The notes under the pieces: model-generated
Told to the model about the DNA's origin: nothing
What the model saw: the letters and a program-made list of their open reading frames with translations, nothing else
The model's database searches: none
Program-made: the position numbers and the translations under genes
Shown: positions 12,835 through 25,552 of the stretch, in pieces
Layout of the letters: each line of letters begins with the position of its first letter
How positions within the stretch are numbered: the stretch's first letter is position 1
Assembly (NCBI RefSeq): GCF_963921235.1
Contig: NC_086106.1
Location: 70,184,001 to 70,248,000, forward strand
From: Mobula hypostoma
Lineage: Eukaryota
DNA length: 64,000 nt
Direction: 5' to 3'

Positions 12835-15598
12835 GTAAATAAGATGAGGTAAATGTATATTGGCATCAAATTTGAAGTCGGCTGTGAGGATGCCACTCTT
12901 AGCACTTACCTCCACAGAAAGTTGAGACTCATTACATGGTGTTGCCTCTTTTTGGAAAGTGTGAAGTAAAATTGCCTCTATTAATCATAATGACAGGATC
13001 TCCTCTGTTTTATTCTATTTTTAGATCACAAAACAAGTGAAAAATCTCAGCTAACAGCGAATGGTCAAATATGTCCAGATTTAAATAATTTATCAATATT
13101 TCTGACATTCAGAAATATTTAGAAAGAGTAAATGCTATTAAATTCAAGCTATTATAAAGTAAGCATGTAAAATTTTAAAATTTTATAAAGTATAAATAAA
13201 TGATCATAAACCATTCAAATTAACTCAAAACTAAATAATATTTTGGTCTCTCTCAGATATTCTCCTTTACTGAATGAAATGGGATGCACTCCCTGTTCTG
13301 GATCCAATCTATTGTATGCTGTTTGACTACACTCCTCACTGCAATTGAAGCAGAATTGCTATAAATCTGTCATCTAATGAGAGCATTGGAAAAGTCAGGA
13401 AAACTACTGGAATGCTGAAACTTCCGTATTCATAAGGAAATCCCAAAATCTGGATTGTTCATTTAAACTGACTATCATTACTGAAATTATTTTATGACAT
13501 GTTGTGACATTTACATTCTTAGTAATTAACTGTTCAGTATGTTTAGCAGAGTTGTTGTACCTTATACTTGACTTTGACTTTTGCAAATTGGTCAGAGAGC
13601 TCCTGTAAATGTCAGCTGAAAAAGAACTTTAAGCTGATTTTAAAAATTTACATATACATGATCTAATCAGAATTCTGTTCCTTCTTTACTAGCTTCATCA
13701 GATGTTTCACTAACCACTGACCTTTCTTCACTCACACTTTCTCATTGTGGGCGCTTTCATGGACTGTTTGTAATAGTGTCAGTAATTTGGGTGTTTAACA
13801 ACCAAGTAGTATAATGTAAAGCATTGAATTTCACCTGTGAGTTGCATTTTTATGCTCATTCATATAAATATATATCACAGGGTCTGGGAAAATAAATCCT
13901 CCAGTTGCAAAAATGAATTTGTACTTGAACTAAGTTTTAGTATTGTCTGTTCAGATTTTAATTTAATTTGCTCTGTACAGTCAAAATGAAGGTCAGCTGT
14001 GATAACAAAATTTAGTTTTATCAGTAAATCTTTAATTTCTTCTCATCTGTTGAATTATAGATTTCAATAAGGCATGGTTCCTGGTATTTTAGAAGGAACT
14101 AATTAAAAAATCAAATATTTAATTAAGAACATAATCCAGTTGTTTTTTTCAATTAAAGTGCCTTTGACGTAAGCCTATCTCAGGTGCTTGCAAGCTTCTG
14201 ACTAAGGAAATAAGGGCGGGTAAGGTGAATTTTGAGCAAGATGAATAGTGATGAATATATTTGTGTTAACAATTATAACTCACTCAGAACCCAAATCAAA
14301 AATAGTGCAATGAATAATTTAAAGGTTGACATCAGATTTCCAAATCTTAACAGTGTTAATATTTTTAGTTGACAAACACGAGAAAATCTGCAGGTGCTGG
14401 AAATCTAAAGCAACACACTCAAAATGCTGGAGGAACTCAGCAGGCCAGGCAGCATCTATGGAAAGGAGTAAACAGTCAATGTTTCGGGCCAAGACCCTTC
14501 ATCAAGAGGGATCAAATAAAGAGCTAGATGGTTGATAGATGAAAAAGATAATGGGCTGGAAAAGGGGGAATCCGATGGAAGAGGACAGAAGACCTTAGAA
14601 GAAAAGGAAGTAGGAGGAGCACCAGAGGGATGTGATGAGCAGGTAAGGAGGTAATGTGAGAGAGGAAAACAGGAATGGGGAATTGTGAAGGAGAAGGGAA
14701 GTAATTACCAGAAGTTTGAGAAATTGATGTTCATGCCTTCAGGTTAGTGGCTACCTAGATGGAATATAAGCTGTTGCTCCTCCACTCTGAGTATGGCCTC
14801 ATCATGGCAGTAGAGGAGGCCATTGACTGACATGTTGAAATGGGAATAGGAAATAGAACTGAAATGGTTGGGTACTGGGAGATCCAGCTTTTTTTGGTGG
14901 GTGGAGTATAGGTGCTCAACAAAGTGGTCTCCCAATCTACCCTCAGGTCTCACCGATATACAAGAGGCCACACGGGGAGCACCAGATAGAGTTGGTGACC
15001 CCAACAGACTCACAGATAAAGTGTCACCTCACCTGGAAGGACTGTTTAGGGCCTTGAATAGTAGTGAGGGAGGAGGCGTAGGGACAGGGGTAGCAGTTGT
15101 TCTGCTTGTAAGGATAAGTACCAGGAGGGAAATCAGTGGAAAGAGATGAGTGACAAGAGAGTCACATAGAGACTGATCCCTGCAGAAATTGAAAAGTGGG
15201 GGAAGGGGGAGAGAAATGTTGTGTTTGGTGGTGAGATCCTGTTGGAGTGGTGGAAGTTATGGAGAATTATGTGCTGGTCATAGGTGCTGGTAAGATGGTA
15301 GGTGAGAGCAAGTGAAACCCTATCCCTTGTGTGACGGTGGGAGGATTGGGTGTGCACAGATGTGCAAAAAATGGAAGGAGATGAAGGCAACGTTGATGAT
15401 GGAGGAAGGGAACCCCTTTATTAAAGAGGAGGACATCTCAGTAATTCTGGAATGAAAAGCCTAATCCTGAGAGCAGATGCAGTAGAGATGGAGGAACTGA
15501 GAGAAGGGGAAGGCAGATTTACTAGTGACAGGTTGGGAAGAGATATAGTCCATACATAGTGAGCTGTGAGAATCTTAGAGTTTATAAACTATATCAGT

Positions 15599-15835
15599 GC
15601 TCGGTGACGGGGGCCAACGTTTCTTTTTGCCGGTGGCGGGAGGGGGGATCGTGCTTGCTGCCGCTTATGCGCAGGAGGGTGGGGAGTTGGGGAGGACTTT
15701 GGGGTTCTGACATTTAACTGTCATTCATTCTTTGGGACACTCCTCTGTTTTTGTGGATGATTAGGAAGGAAGAGCATTTCAAGAAGTATATTGTATACAT
15801 TTCTCTGGCATTAAATGTATCATTGAAACCTTTGA
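15599..15835 (+). mobile_element. Truncated non-coding retroposon with Rex1-like tail
   Basis: Similar to 63640-63845. TSD atatcagt / atgtcagt (15591-15598 / 15836-15843). Confidence 0.65.
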
Positions 15836-15904
15836 ATGTCAGTAGATAGACTGTTGATCAAAAAAGGGGAGAGAGGTGTCAGAAATGGACCAAGTATATA
15901 TTTT

Positions 15905-16590
15905 TTTAGATTATGAGAACACTCAGTCCTCTTTTATTGTCATTTAGAAATGCATACATGCATTATGAAATGATACAATGTTTCTCCAAAGTGATATCAT
16001 AGAAAACAGGACGAACCAAAGACTAACACTGACAGAACCACATAATTATAACATATGGTTACAGCAGTGCAAAGCCATACCATAATTTGATGAAGAACAA
16101 ACCATGGGCGCAGTAAAAAATAGTCTCAAAAGTCCCCGAGTCGATCGACTCCTGAGTCCCGGATAGATGCAGCAAAAGGGAGAAACTCCCTACCATAAAC
16201 CTCCAGGCACCGTCAACTTGCTGACACCTTGGACGTAGTTGACCACAGCCAACACTGAGTCCATCCGTCCCAAAACTTTGAGCCTCTGACCAGCCCTCCG
16301 AAACAACTTCCCGAGCGCCATCCTCTGCCGAGCACCTTCGACCTCACCCCGGCCGCCGAAACACGCAAAGGCGAGGATTTCGGGGCCTTCTGCTCCTGCG
16401 ATTCCAGTTACAACACAGTAGCAGCGGCAGTGAAGTGGGCATTTCAGAAGTTTTCGAGACGTTTATCCGTACTCTCACATCTGTCTCCATCAAATCAGGA
16501 TTGTGCACGGTCCCCTACTTGACAGATAACAGATATTCATCACCGGAAAGGCCACGTGTGCTGCTGTCGCGCCGCCATCTTATCATCTTT
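15905..16590 (-). mobile_element. Apparently full-length non-autonomous retroposon (about 680 bp)
   Basis: 5' end AAGATGGCGGCGCG, GC-rich body, 3' end tgacaataaaag...taatctaaaa. Interrupts Penelope RT with an atattt-like duplication. Confidence 0.6.
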
Positions 16591-17503
16591 TACCTGATAT
16601 TTGGGTGCAGGTTGGAAGTTTGCAGTAAAGTTGGTGAAATCGACAAGCTCAACATGAGTACAGGAAACACCAGTGCAGTTGTTGATGTAGCATCGGAAGA
16701 GTTGGGGAGCAATGCTGGCGTAGGCTTGGAGCATGGACTGTTTCACATAGTTGACGAAAAGACGGGCAAACTGAGACCCATGCAAATACCCATGGCTATA
16801 CCTTCAGTTTGAAGGAAATGGGAGGAGCCAAAGGAGAAATTATTGAGGGTGAAAACCAATTCCACCGGACGGAGGAGAGTGGTGGTAGAGAGAAACTGAT
16901 TATACAATAACTCTTACGTGATAAAGATATCTCAAGCAACACACATAAAAGTTGCTGGTGATCGCAGTAGGCTATAGGAAGAGGTACAGTTGACATTTTG
17001 GGCCGAAACCCTTCGTCAGGACGAACTGAAAGAAGATCTAGTCAGAGATTTGAAAGTGGGCGGGGGAGGGGGAGATCCAAAATGATAGGAGAAGACAGGG
17101 CGGGAGGGATGGAGCCAAGAGCTGGACAGTTGATTGGCAAAAGGGATATGAGAGGATCATGGGACGGGAGGCCGAGGGAGACAGAAAGGGGGAAGGGGGA
17201 ATCCCAGAGGATGGGCAATAACAGATGGGGTGCGAGGGAGAGGTGGGGCATTAACGGAAGTTAGAGAAGTCAATGTTCATGCCATCAGGTTGGAGGCTAC
17301 CCAGACGGAACATAAGGTGTTGTTCCTCCAACCTGAGTGTGGATTCATCTTTACAGTAGAGGAGGCCGTGGATAGACATATCAGAATGGGAATGGGACGT
17401 GGAATTAAAATGTGTGGCCACTGGGAGATCCTGCTTTCTGTGGCAGACAGAGCGTAGGTGTTCAGTGAAATGGTCTCCCAGTCTGTGTCGGGTTTCGCCA
17501 ATA

Positions 17504-17794
17504 GATAGATAGATAGACATACTTTATTGATCCCGAGGGAAATTGGGTTTTGTTACAGTTGCACCAACCAAGAATAGAATATAAGTATAGCAATATAAAA
17601 CCATAAATAATTAAATTATAATATGTAAATTATGCCAGGTGGAAATAAGTTCAGGACCAGCCTATTGGCTCACAGTGTCTGACCCTCCAAGGGAGGAGTT
17701 GTAAAGTTTGATGGCCACAGGCAGGAATGACTTCCTATGACGCATCTCAGTGGAATGAGTCTCTGGCTGAATGTACTCCTGTGCCCAAACAGTA
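17504..17794 (-). mobile_element. Rex1/Babar 3' end inserted in the Penelope GIY-YIG region
   Basis: HRSTFSQRLIPLRC...RKSFLPVAIKLYNS. (CTAT)n tail. TSD CAATA (17499-17503 / 17795-17799). Confidence 0.85.
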
Positions 17795-18113
17795 CAATAT
17801 ATAGAAGGCTGCATCGGGAGCACCGGGCGCAGTATATCACACCAGCCGACTCACAGATGAAGTGTTGCCTCACCTGGAAGGACTGTCTGGGGCCCTGAAT
17901 GGTGGTGAGGGAGGAAGTGTAAGGGCATGGGTAGCACTTGTTCGGCTTACAAGGATAAGTGCCAGGAGGGAGATCGGTGGGGAGGGATGGGGGGGACGAA
18001 TGGACAAGGGAGTCGCATAGGGAGCGATCCCTGTGGAAAGCAGAGTGGGGGGGGGGAGGGAAAGATGTGCTTAGTGGTGGGATCCCGTTGGAGGTGGCGG
18101 AAGTTACGGGGAA

Positions 18114-18908
18114 TTATATGTTGGACACGGAGGCTGGTGGGGTGGTAGGTGAGGACAAGGGGAACCCTATTCCTCGTGGGGTGGCAGGAGAATGGAGTAA
18201 GAGCAGATGTGCGTGAAATGGGAAAGATATGTTTAAGATCAGAGTTGGTGGTGGAGGAAGGAAAGCCCCTTTCTTTAAAAAAGGTGGACATCTGCTTCGT
18301 CCTGGAATGAAAAGCCTCATCCTGAGAGCAGATGCGGCGGAGCTGGAGGAATTGCGAGAAGGGGATTGTATTTTTGCAAGAGACAGGGTGAGAGAGGAAT
18401 AGTCCACATAGCTATGAGAGTCCGTAGGCTTATAGTAGACATCAGTAGATAAGCTGCCTCCAGAGATAGAGATAGAAAGATTTAGAAAGGGGAAGGAGGT
18501 GTCGGAAATGAACCAGGTAAACTTGAGGGCAGGGTAGAAGTTGGAGGCAAAGTTAATGAAGTCAACAAGCTCAGCATGCGTGCAGGAAGCAGCGCCAATG
18601 CAGTCGTCAATGTAGCGAAGGGAAAGTGGGGGACAGATACCAGTGTAGGTTTGGAACATGGATTGTTCCACAAAGCCAACAAAAAGGCAGGCATAGCTGG
18701 GACCCATACAGGTGCCCATGGCTACACCTTTAGTTTGGAGGAAGTGGGAGGAGCCAAAGGAGAAATTATTAAAAGTAAGGACTAATTCCGCTAGACAGAG
18801 CAGAGTGGTGGTAGAAGGGAACTGGTTAGGTCTAGAATCCAAAAAGAAGCGGAGAGCTTTGAGACCTTCCTGGTGGGGGATGGAGGTATATAGGGACTGG
18901 ACATCCAT
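18114..18908 (-). pseudogene. Penelope reverse transcriptase fragment
   Basis: 264-aa ORF with PLE RT motifs DVQSLYT, GVAMG, RYIDD. Frameshifts after YKPTDSHSY. Confidence 0.9.
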
Positions 18909-19224
18909 GGTTTCCTAGTGGGGGATGGAAATGTATAGGGTTCCTGGTGGATCTCAAAGTTCTTTATGTGAGCTTTATCAAAGGAAGCTTAGCCAAAAGT
19001 GACATTGAGAAGAATGAGACAACGAACTGTTTGGTCAAAGAGATATATTTTTGAGAAGAGGGAGAACAAGCTTGCTAGAGAGGTTTTAGAAGGGAATTCC
19101 ACAGCTTTAGAGGTCAGATGAGAGAGCAGTCACAGGCAGACTGACAGAACCATATAACATTGAAGCAGGGCCTTTAGTCCATTGAGTCTGCACTGACTTT
19201 CATGCATCTCTTTACACTAATTCT

Positions 19225-19960
19225 GCATTGCAGCACAATGACACCGTTCATGGAGCTGCTGTCTCACAATTCCAGAAACTCAGGTTAAATTCTGCCGTCT
19301 TGTGATAGCAAATTTCTTCTGGCTACTTCAGTTTCCTCCTATATCTCAAAGAGGTACAGGGGCAAATTCAAGGTGAATGTATGAAAAATGTTGCAGAAGT
19401 AATTTAAATGGTTGATGGTTGTTATGAGCTCAGTAAGATGAAAAGCTTGTGCTGTACTATTCTCTAACCTTGTATCATGCATTCTACTCCACTCTCTGTA
19501 AGCAGTTTGTAGGTTCTCCCCCTGACCACATGCGTTTCCACAGATGCTCTGGTTTCTACCCAGGTCCAAAGGTATGCCAATTGATTGGTTAATTGGCCAT
19601 TGTAAATTGTCCTGTAGTTAGGCTAGGGTTAAATAGGGGTTGCTGAGTGGTGCAGCTTGAAGGGGCCAAAAGCGCCTGCTCCACACTGTATCGCAGTAAA
19701 TAAATAAATAAATAAACATTTGAATTCACTCTCATTATATCCTACCACTCAGCTCCACTCTAGGGGCAATTTACAATCAGCAATTAATCTATCAGTCTCT
19801 GCACCTTTGGAACGTCAGATATAATCGGAGCTTCTGGCAGAAACCTGTACAGTCACGAGGAGAAGATGTAAACTCCATCACCAGCGATCAGAATTAGTAA
19901 ATTGGGAAACTGATAAACTGGGCTGAACCCAGGTCAGTAGGCTGCGAAACAGTCTGCTTC
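19225..19960. mobile_element. Cluster of V-SINE copies (+ about 19225-19340, + about 19495-19716, - about 19760-19960)
   Basis: V-domain motifs gtttgtaggttctcccc...ctctggtttc...ccaaag. (TAAA)n tail at about 19697-19716. Confidence 0.7.
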
Positions 19961-20732
19961 TGTCTACTGCTACTCCCAGAGGCACTCTTCTGTCACCTTA
20001 CTGCAATAGTCATGTCTGGAAATATGTGGTCTTGGTGGTCAGAAGTCATGTAATGGAAACAGTGTAATTTATCAAAGAGATGGTAATGCATATTTTCGGC
20101 TTACATCATCCAATTGGTGGGTCCTGCTATGTTGCCGAATGAAAAGCCAAAATACAATACTGTTGATATTGTAAGTCTGAAATACAGGGCACAGGATTCT
20201 GCAAATATCCAGCGGGTCTATTAGCATTTGTGGAAGGGGAATTGAGTAATAACTATTTGTGGTTCCATTCAAGTAGATCATCACAGTGACTGAATATAGC
20301 TTCCTATCCTCACCTTTGTTACCTGTCAATCCATCGATGCATGGTGACCTATTCTAGTCTGACATGGTCTGCCTCATTATGGGAGTTTGCTCCTTGAGCT
20401 GATCACTGTGGAAACGATCAAACGAGTTCACTTCTGAATACCATGAAGGAAAGGTCACTGGTGGAATGACTGAAGATAGTCAAGCTGTCCTCAGGAATTG
20501 ATGAAATAATGTACTGTATCTTCAGTCTATAATCAAAGTTATCTTTCTTTATATCAGGTGTAACTCCTCCCACTGAAGAATATATCCCTTGATCCTTACT
20601 GACTTCAAAATTGAGTGACTCTGAATTGAAAGTATTCTTCATGCATTTGAAGCCAAGGGCACATTCCTCACTTGACCTTTGATATTTATTTATCCCAGTC
20701 ATTCGTGAACTGCCAGTAGAGTGAAGTCTGGA

Positions 20733-21030
20733 TATCAGAATCAGAATCAGGTTTAATATACTTGCCATATGCTGTGAAATTTGATGACTCTATGGCAGCA
20801 GAACAAGGCAATGCATTATACAAGAAAAGAAAACTGTATAATAGTTAAATTAATTAAGTAGAGCAAAAATAGAAATAAAAAAAGTGCTGCTGGTTCAAAG
20901 TCCGTTCAGAAATCAGATGGCGGAGGGGAAGAAGCTGTTCCTGAATCATGGTGTGTGCACTTTCATGCTTCTGTACTTCCTTCCTGATGGTAGCAATGAG
21001 AACAAGGCATGAATGTTCGGCTGAGTATAA
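20733..21030 (-). mobile_element. Rex1/Babar 3' fragment
   Basis: Reverse: attcaggaacagcttcttcccctccgccatc (FRNSFFPSAI) and tail taaacctgattctgattctgat. Confidence 0.8.
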
Positions 21031-21309
21031 ACGTGTATATTTTTTCATTGATGCTATAATTGATAGATCCAACATCAATCTGTCTTCACTGTCCTTGTTT
21101 AGAAAATTCATGTCCATGAAATGTAGCACACTATGACATGAACAACCCATTTTACACAAACCTCTGAGGTAAAACAGCCAAATCTGATCTTGAAACACAG
21201 TCATTACTGGGTATCAATCAGGATTTGGTCACAAGGTCCTGTCCCTAACCAAGGACAGCAAGGCCATTTGTGCTAGTTATGTCAAATAACTCTGCTTATA
21301 CCATAAGGT

Positions 21310-21510
21310 GCCAGCATAGTGTACCATTTAGTGCTGCTGTCTTACAGCTTAAAGGATGTAGATTTGATCACAGTCTCAGATGCTGTTTGTGCAGAATTTG
21401 TCTTTTCACCTTGTCCCTATGTTGATCAACCCAGGTTCTCTGGTTCTTTCCTTTATCACAAAAGTATTCAAATATATTAACTTGGTACTGTAATTTGCCT
21501 CTTAGTTCAA
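21310..21510 (+). mobile_element. Old V-SINE
   Basis: Decayed tRNA head and V domain (tgtgcagaatttg...ctctggttctttcct). Confidence 0.5.
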
Positions 21511-22789
21511 GTTAATGGTACAAAAAAAATCAAAAGGGATCTGATAAACGTGTAAGAGAAAATAAATTGCTGTGGTATAAGGAAGTAAGGAGTAGGGATT
21601 TAGGATTATTGAGGTTATTCTCCTAGGATTGGCTGATGTCATAAAATTAACATTAGATTAGAACTCAGTCTAATATCTATCAATGTTTATCACGAATAGA
21701 AGACATTACATATTTATTTCTAATATGTCGCTATTAGCCAGGTGCTCTACTAAAATTATAAAATCTGAGGAAAAATTCAGTGATCTTGAAGTACACTCGA
21801 GTGGGACACAGATTAGAGTCAGAACTGCGGTTTTGTAAGTCTATTTTAAGCCGTCTCCAATGGGAGTGTGTCAGGATTGAACTTATCCTATAATTCTCTG
21901 ATTGTCTGTCAAGGCATACTTGTCAAAAGCAAATCCATCAGTAACATAAAATACAAAAATATACTGGTTTCATACGTCTTACATAACCTGATGAACTGCA
22001 TCTTGGTACTGCTGAGTTTTAGCTGAATAAAAATTTCAAAAAAAAATTCAGACTGTCAAAATGGTAACATGTACTAGGTATTATGAAAATAGTACAGGAA
22101 ATTGTATGTTGGAATTATAACATGCAATTATTCCATGCCTACTCTACCTTGTACAGATAAAACATACAATTTGTTCTACCAGTTCAATGTCTTGATGTAA
22201 CATGAGATCTACTCCAAGCACACTAGCTTATTGTATATTAGCAGATGTCCATGAGGTGCAGTATTGCTCAAACTCCAATTACAGCCATCCCTCACTTTTC
22301 ATTAAATGAGACAATCTCCTCATTATTAATGTGCCTTTAATACTCAGACTCCTACTTACCCACAAGTGCTTCCGATTAACAAGATACAGTGGTACAAACA
22401 TGCATTTTCTATCATTGTTCAACTTCTCCTCTCTTGGTTTCCAAAACATTACTTATATATACGGTATTATAAGTATTGGCAATCAAAACAATACTGAAGA
22501 TTATACCCATCCGAAACCAGCAGCTCCAAAGCACAGTAAATTTATTATCAAAGTATATATATGTTACCATCTACAACCCTGAGATTCATGTGCTTGCAAG
22601 TGTACTCAATAAATCCAATAACAATAATAGAATCAATTGCTAATAACTGTAGATGATTTAAGACTTTTGTAAGGAGTATATTTTTGTGTTTTATTTTGAT
22701 GATGGAATTCTTTTTCTCAAAGATTCTGAATTGGCTTGCCCACAGTAAGCAACGTTTGGTAGTAGATGTTTTGTATTCTACCTAAAGAT

Positions 22790-23004
22790 TAGTGACCAAT
22801 GGAATTCTGCGTGATCTGTTCTGGGACCCCTGTTTTTGTGATTTTTCTACATCTGTTGAATGGACAAGTAGAAGGGTGGGTTAGTAAGTTTGCAGATGGT
22901 AGTTGGTGGTGTTGTGGATAGTGTAGAAGGTTATTGTAATTGCTAGGATGAAAAGCTGGGTTAAGAAATGGCAGTTGGAGTTTAACCCAATGAAGTGTGA
23001 AGTG
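22790..23004 (+). mobile_element. CR1 RT fragment (host of the Penelope insertion)
   Basis: gggtgggttagtaagtttgcagatg (WVSKFAD) and tggcagttggagtttaaccca. Resumes at 24343. Confidence 0.75.
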
Positions 23005-24342
23005 ACGCAAACATGAAGAAATCTGCAGTTGCTGGAAATTCAAGCAACACACACAAAATGCTGGTAGAACACAGCAGACCAGGTAGCATCTATAGGAAGA
23101 GGTGCAGTCGACGTTTCAGGCCGAAACCCTTCATCAGGACTAACTGAAAGAAGAGATAGTAAGATATTTGAAAGTGGGTGGGGGAGCGGGAGTTCCGAAA
23201 TAATAGGAGAAGGTACAGGAGGGAGAGAGATGGAGCTAAGAGCTGGAAAGTTGATTGGCAAAAGGGATACAAGGCTGGAGAAGGGAGAGGATCATGGGAA
23301 GGGAGGCCTAGGAAGAAAGAAAGGGGGAGGGGAGCCCAGAGGAAGATGGAGAGCAGGCAAGGAGTGATTGTGAGAGGGAAAGAGAGAGAGAAAAGAGAAG
23401 AAAAAGGGGGAGAAATAAAAAATAATAAGTAATAAGGGATGGGGTAAGAAGGAGAGAAGGGGCATTAACTGAAGTTAGAGAAGTCAATGTTCATGCCATC
23501 AGGCTGGAGGCTTCCCAGACGGAATATAAGGTGTTATTCCTCCAACCTGAGTGTGGCTTCATCTTGGCAGTAGAGGAGGCCGTGGATAGACATGTCTGAA
23601 TGGGAATGGGATGTGGAATTAAAATGTGTGGCCACTGGAAGATCCTGCTTTCTCTGGCAGACAGAACATAGGTGTTCAGCGAAACAGTCTCCCAGCCTGC
23701 GTTGGGTCTTGCCAATATATAGAAGGCCACATCGGGAGCACCAAACGCACCCCAGCCGACTCACAGGTGAAGTGTTGCCTCACCTGGAAGGACTGTCTGG
23801 GGCCCTGAATGGTGGTAAGGGAGGAAGTGTAAGGGCATGTGTAGCACCCGTTCTGCTTACAAGGATAAGTGCCAGGAGGGAGATCGGTGGGGAGGGATGG
23901 GGGGGGAACGAATGGACAAGGGAGTCGCATAAGGAGCAATCCCTGTGGAAAGCGGGGGGGGGGGAGGGAAAGATGTGCTTAGTGGTGGGATCCTGTTGGA
24001 GGTGGCGGAAGTTACGGAGAATTATATGTTGGACCCGGAGGCTGATTGGGTGGTAGGTGAGGACAAGGGGAACCCTATCCCTAGTGGGGTGGCAGGAGGA
24101 GGGGGTGAGAGCAGATGTGCGTGAAATGGGAGAGATGCGTTTGAGAGCAGAGTTGATGGTGGAGGAAGGGAAGCCCCTTTCTTTAAAAAAGGAAGACATC
24201 GCCTTCGTGCTGGAATGAAAAGCATCCTGAGAGGAGATGCGGTGGAGACGGAGGAAATGCGAGAAGGGATGACATTTTTTCAAGAGACATGGTGGGAAGA
24301 GGAATAGTCCAGGTAGCTGTGTGAGTGCAAGAGACAGGGTGG
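23005..24342 (-). mobile_element. Penelope-like element, 5'-truncated
   Basis: CSRCGLLYIGKTQRRLGDCFAEH and RVPLVLTYHP. 11-bp TSD AGTG(T/C)GAAGTG (22994-23004 / 24343-24353). Confidence 0.93.
23105..23142 (-). ncRNA. Minimal type I hammerhead ribozyme in the Penelope terminal repeat
   Basis: Minus strand reads AGUC-CUGAUGA-AGG(GUUUCGG)CCU-GAAA-CGUC^-GACU. Intact core, stem I AGUC/GACU, stem II AGG/CCU, palindromic ACGU stem III. Confidence 0.8.
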
Positions 24343-25424
24343 AGTGCGAAGTGGTTCAGTTTATGTGCTGGTATTAGGTTAACTGTCGAAAAGCCATAAA
24401 CTCAAAGAAAAATTTTAAGTCCTGTCCTATATAGGTATCTATGGTCACTCTCATTATAGTAACATTGTTACTGGATCTACTTACTCTTCAAGAACTAGCT
24501 AACTTCCCTGTGTGGTCTTTGAGGCAAGGTCTACCAGCCAAATACCCATTATTTAAGTGGTTGTTTCCCCCCTCACTACCAAGCAAGAGTTATTTCGAGC
24601 TAACTACGTAGTTTAAACACAGTTTATATTATTTTAATCATTCACATTTTAAATGTCGACATTTTAAACTTGTACATAAGAAACATTAACAATAACGGAG
24701 GATTTATGATTTATAAAATATTTCTGAATTACTGAAGATTTATAAATTACAAAGGAATTCCAAACACAGGTACAATTCTTAAGAACTAAAAGAACATGCC
24801 TATGAGTTGCAGATACAAGTTGTCCATTACCGAATCTGAAGATTAAAGAATGAATTCTAGTTCTTATTTCTGTCACCTTGTCATTCCTAATAATCTCCAA
24901 ATTCTTCCTAGCATTTATACTGTTTTGAAACTAGTTGACATTATTTACATGTGATGTTTCTCAGATACCTTTGCTGTAATAAAAGTAATTCACACAGATG
25001 GTCCGAAAGCTTCTGGGACAGAAATCCTAGACATCTAAAATGAATGCTGTGAGGGCTATCTCTCTGAGTTGATTAGTATTCCAGGTAATGATTGATCATA
25101 CCTGGGACCACATTTGATGTGCTAAGTGCCAAAATCACATAGATTTGTGTTTGACTAATGCAGAAAAGGAGCCTCTTGGTTACTTCACTTTGCAAACTAT
25201 ATTATTTGAGCAGCCTGCTCTCTGTAAACAATGTTGTTTGAAAAGTTGTGCTTTTAACTTCAAACTGATTGTTGCTTGCACTTCATGTTAAGAACTGAAG
25301 ATTGGTTCTTGTTTATGTTGTTGCATGAACAAAGTCACTGGAGAGAATACTTGTAGACATGAGGCAATCTCTTTATTTGACAAAATATCACAAGTAAGCT
25401 GACAGCTTCTGAAGCCACAAGGAA

Positions 25425-25552
25425 AAGAGAGTGTGTGAGAAAGAGGGGAGAGAGAGAGAAAGAGAGAGAGAGAGAGTGGGGGGGAAGAGAGAGAGATAGA
25501 GCGAGAGAGAGAGAGAGGGAGACAGACAGACAGAGGAGAGAGAAAGGGAAAG
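25425..25552 (+). repeat. Imperfect (GA)n microsatellite
   Basis: gagagagaga tracts with GACA interruptions. Confidence 0.9.

Larger units (their letters stand above)
14371..16900 (-). mobile_element. Older Penelope-like element (RT/GIY-YIG remnants) with two nested insertions
   Basis: RLGDHFVEHL...LPVPNHF...GLLYCHDEAILRVEEQQLIFHLGS and FARLFVNYVKQSMLQAY. PLE tail with a degenerate hammerhead at about 14470-14508. Confidence 0.85.
16925..18950 (-). mobile_element. Penelope-like element, 5'-truncated (RT plus GIY-YIG)
   Basis: MDVQSLYTSIPH, QTKGVAMGTCMGPSYACLF, LRYIDD, CESAGVIYCARCSRCSLLYI/GETRHRLGDHFTEH. Tail with degenerate hammerhead at about 16987-17025. Confidence 0.95.

Noticed and set aside
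25293-25393. Possible Cys-rich exon (LKIGSCLCCCMNK...) ending at GTAAGC
   Set aside because: Weak AAG acceptor, unrecognised peptide and no supporting neighbours.
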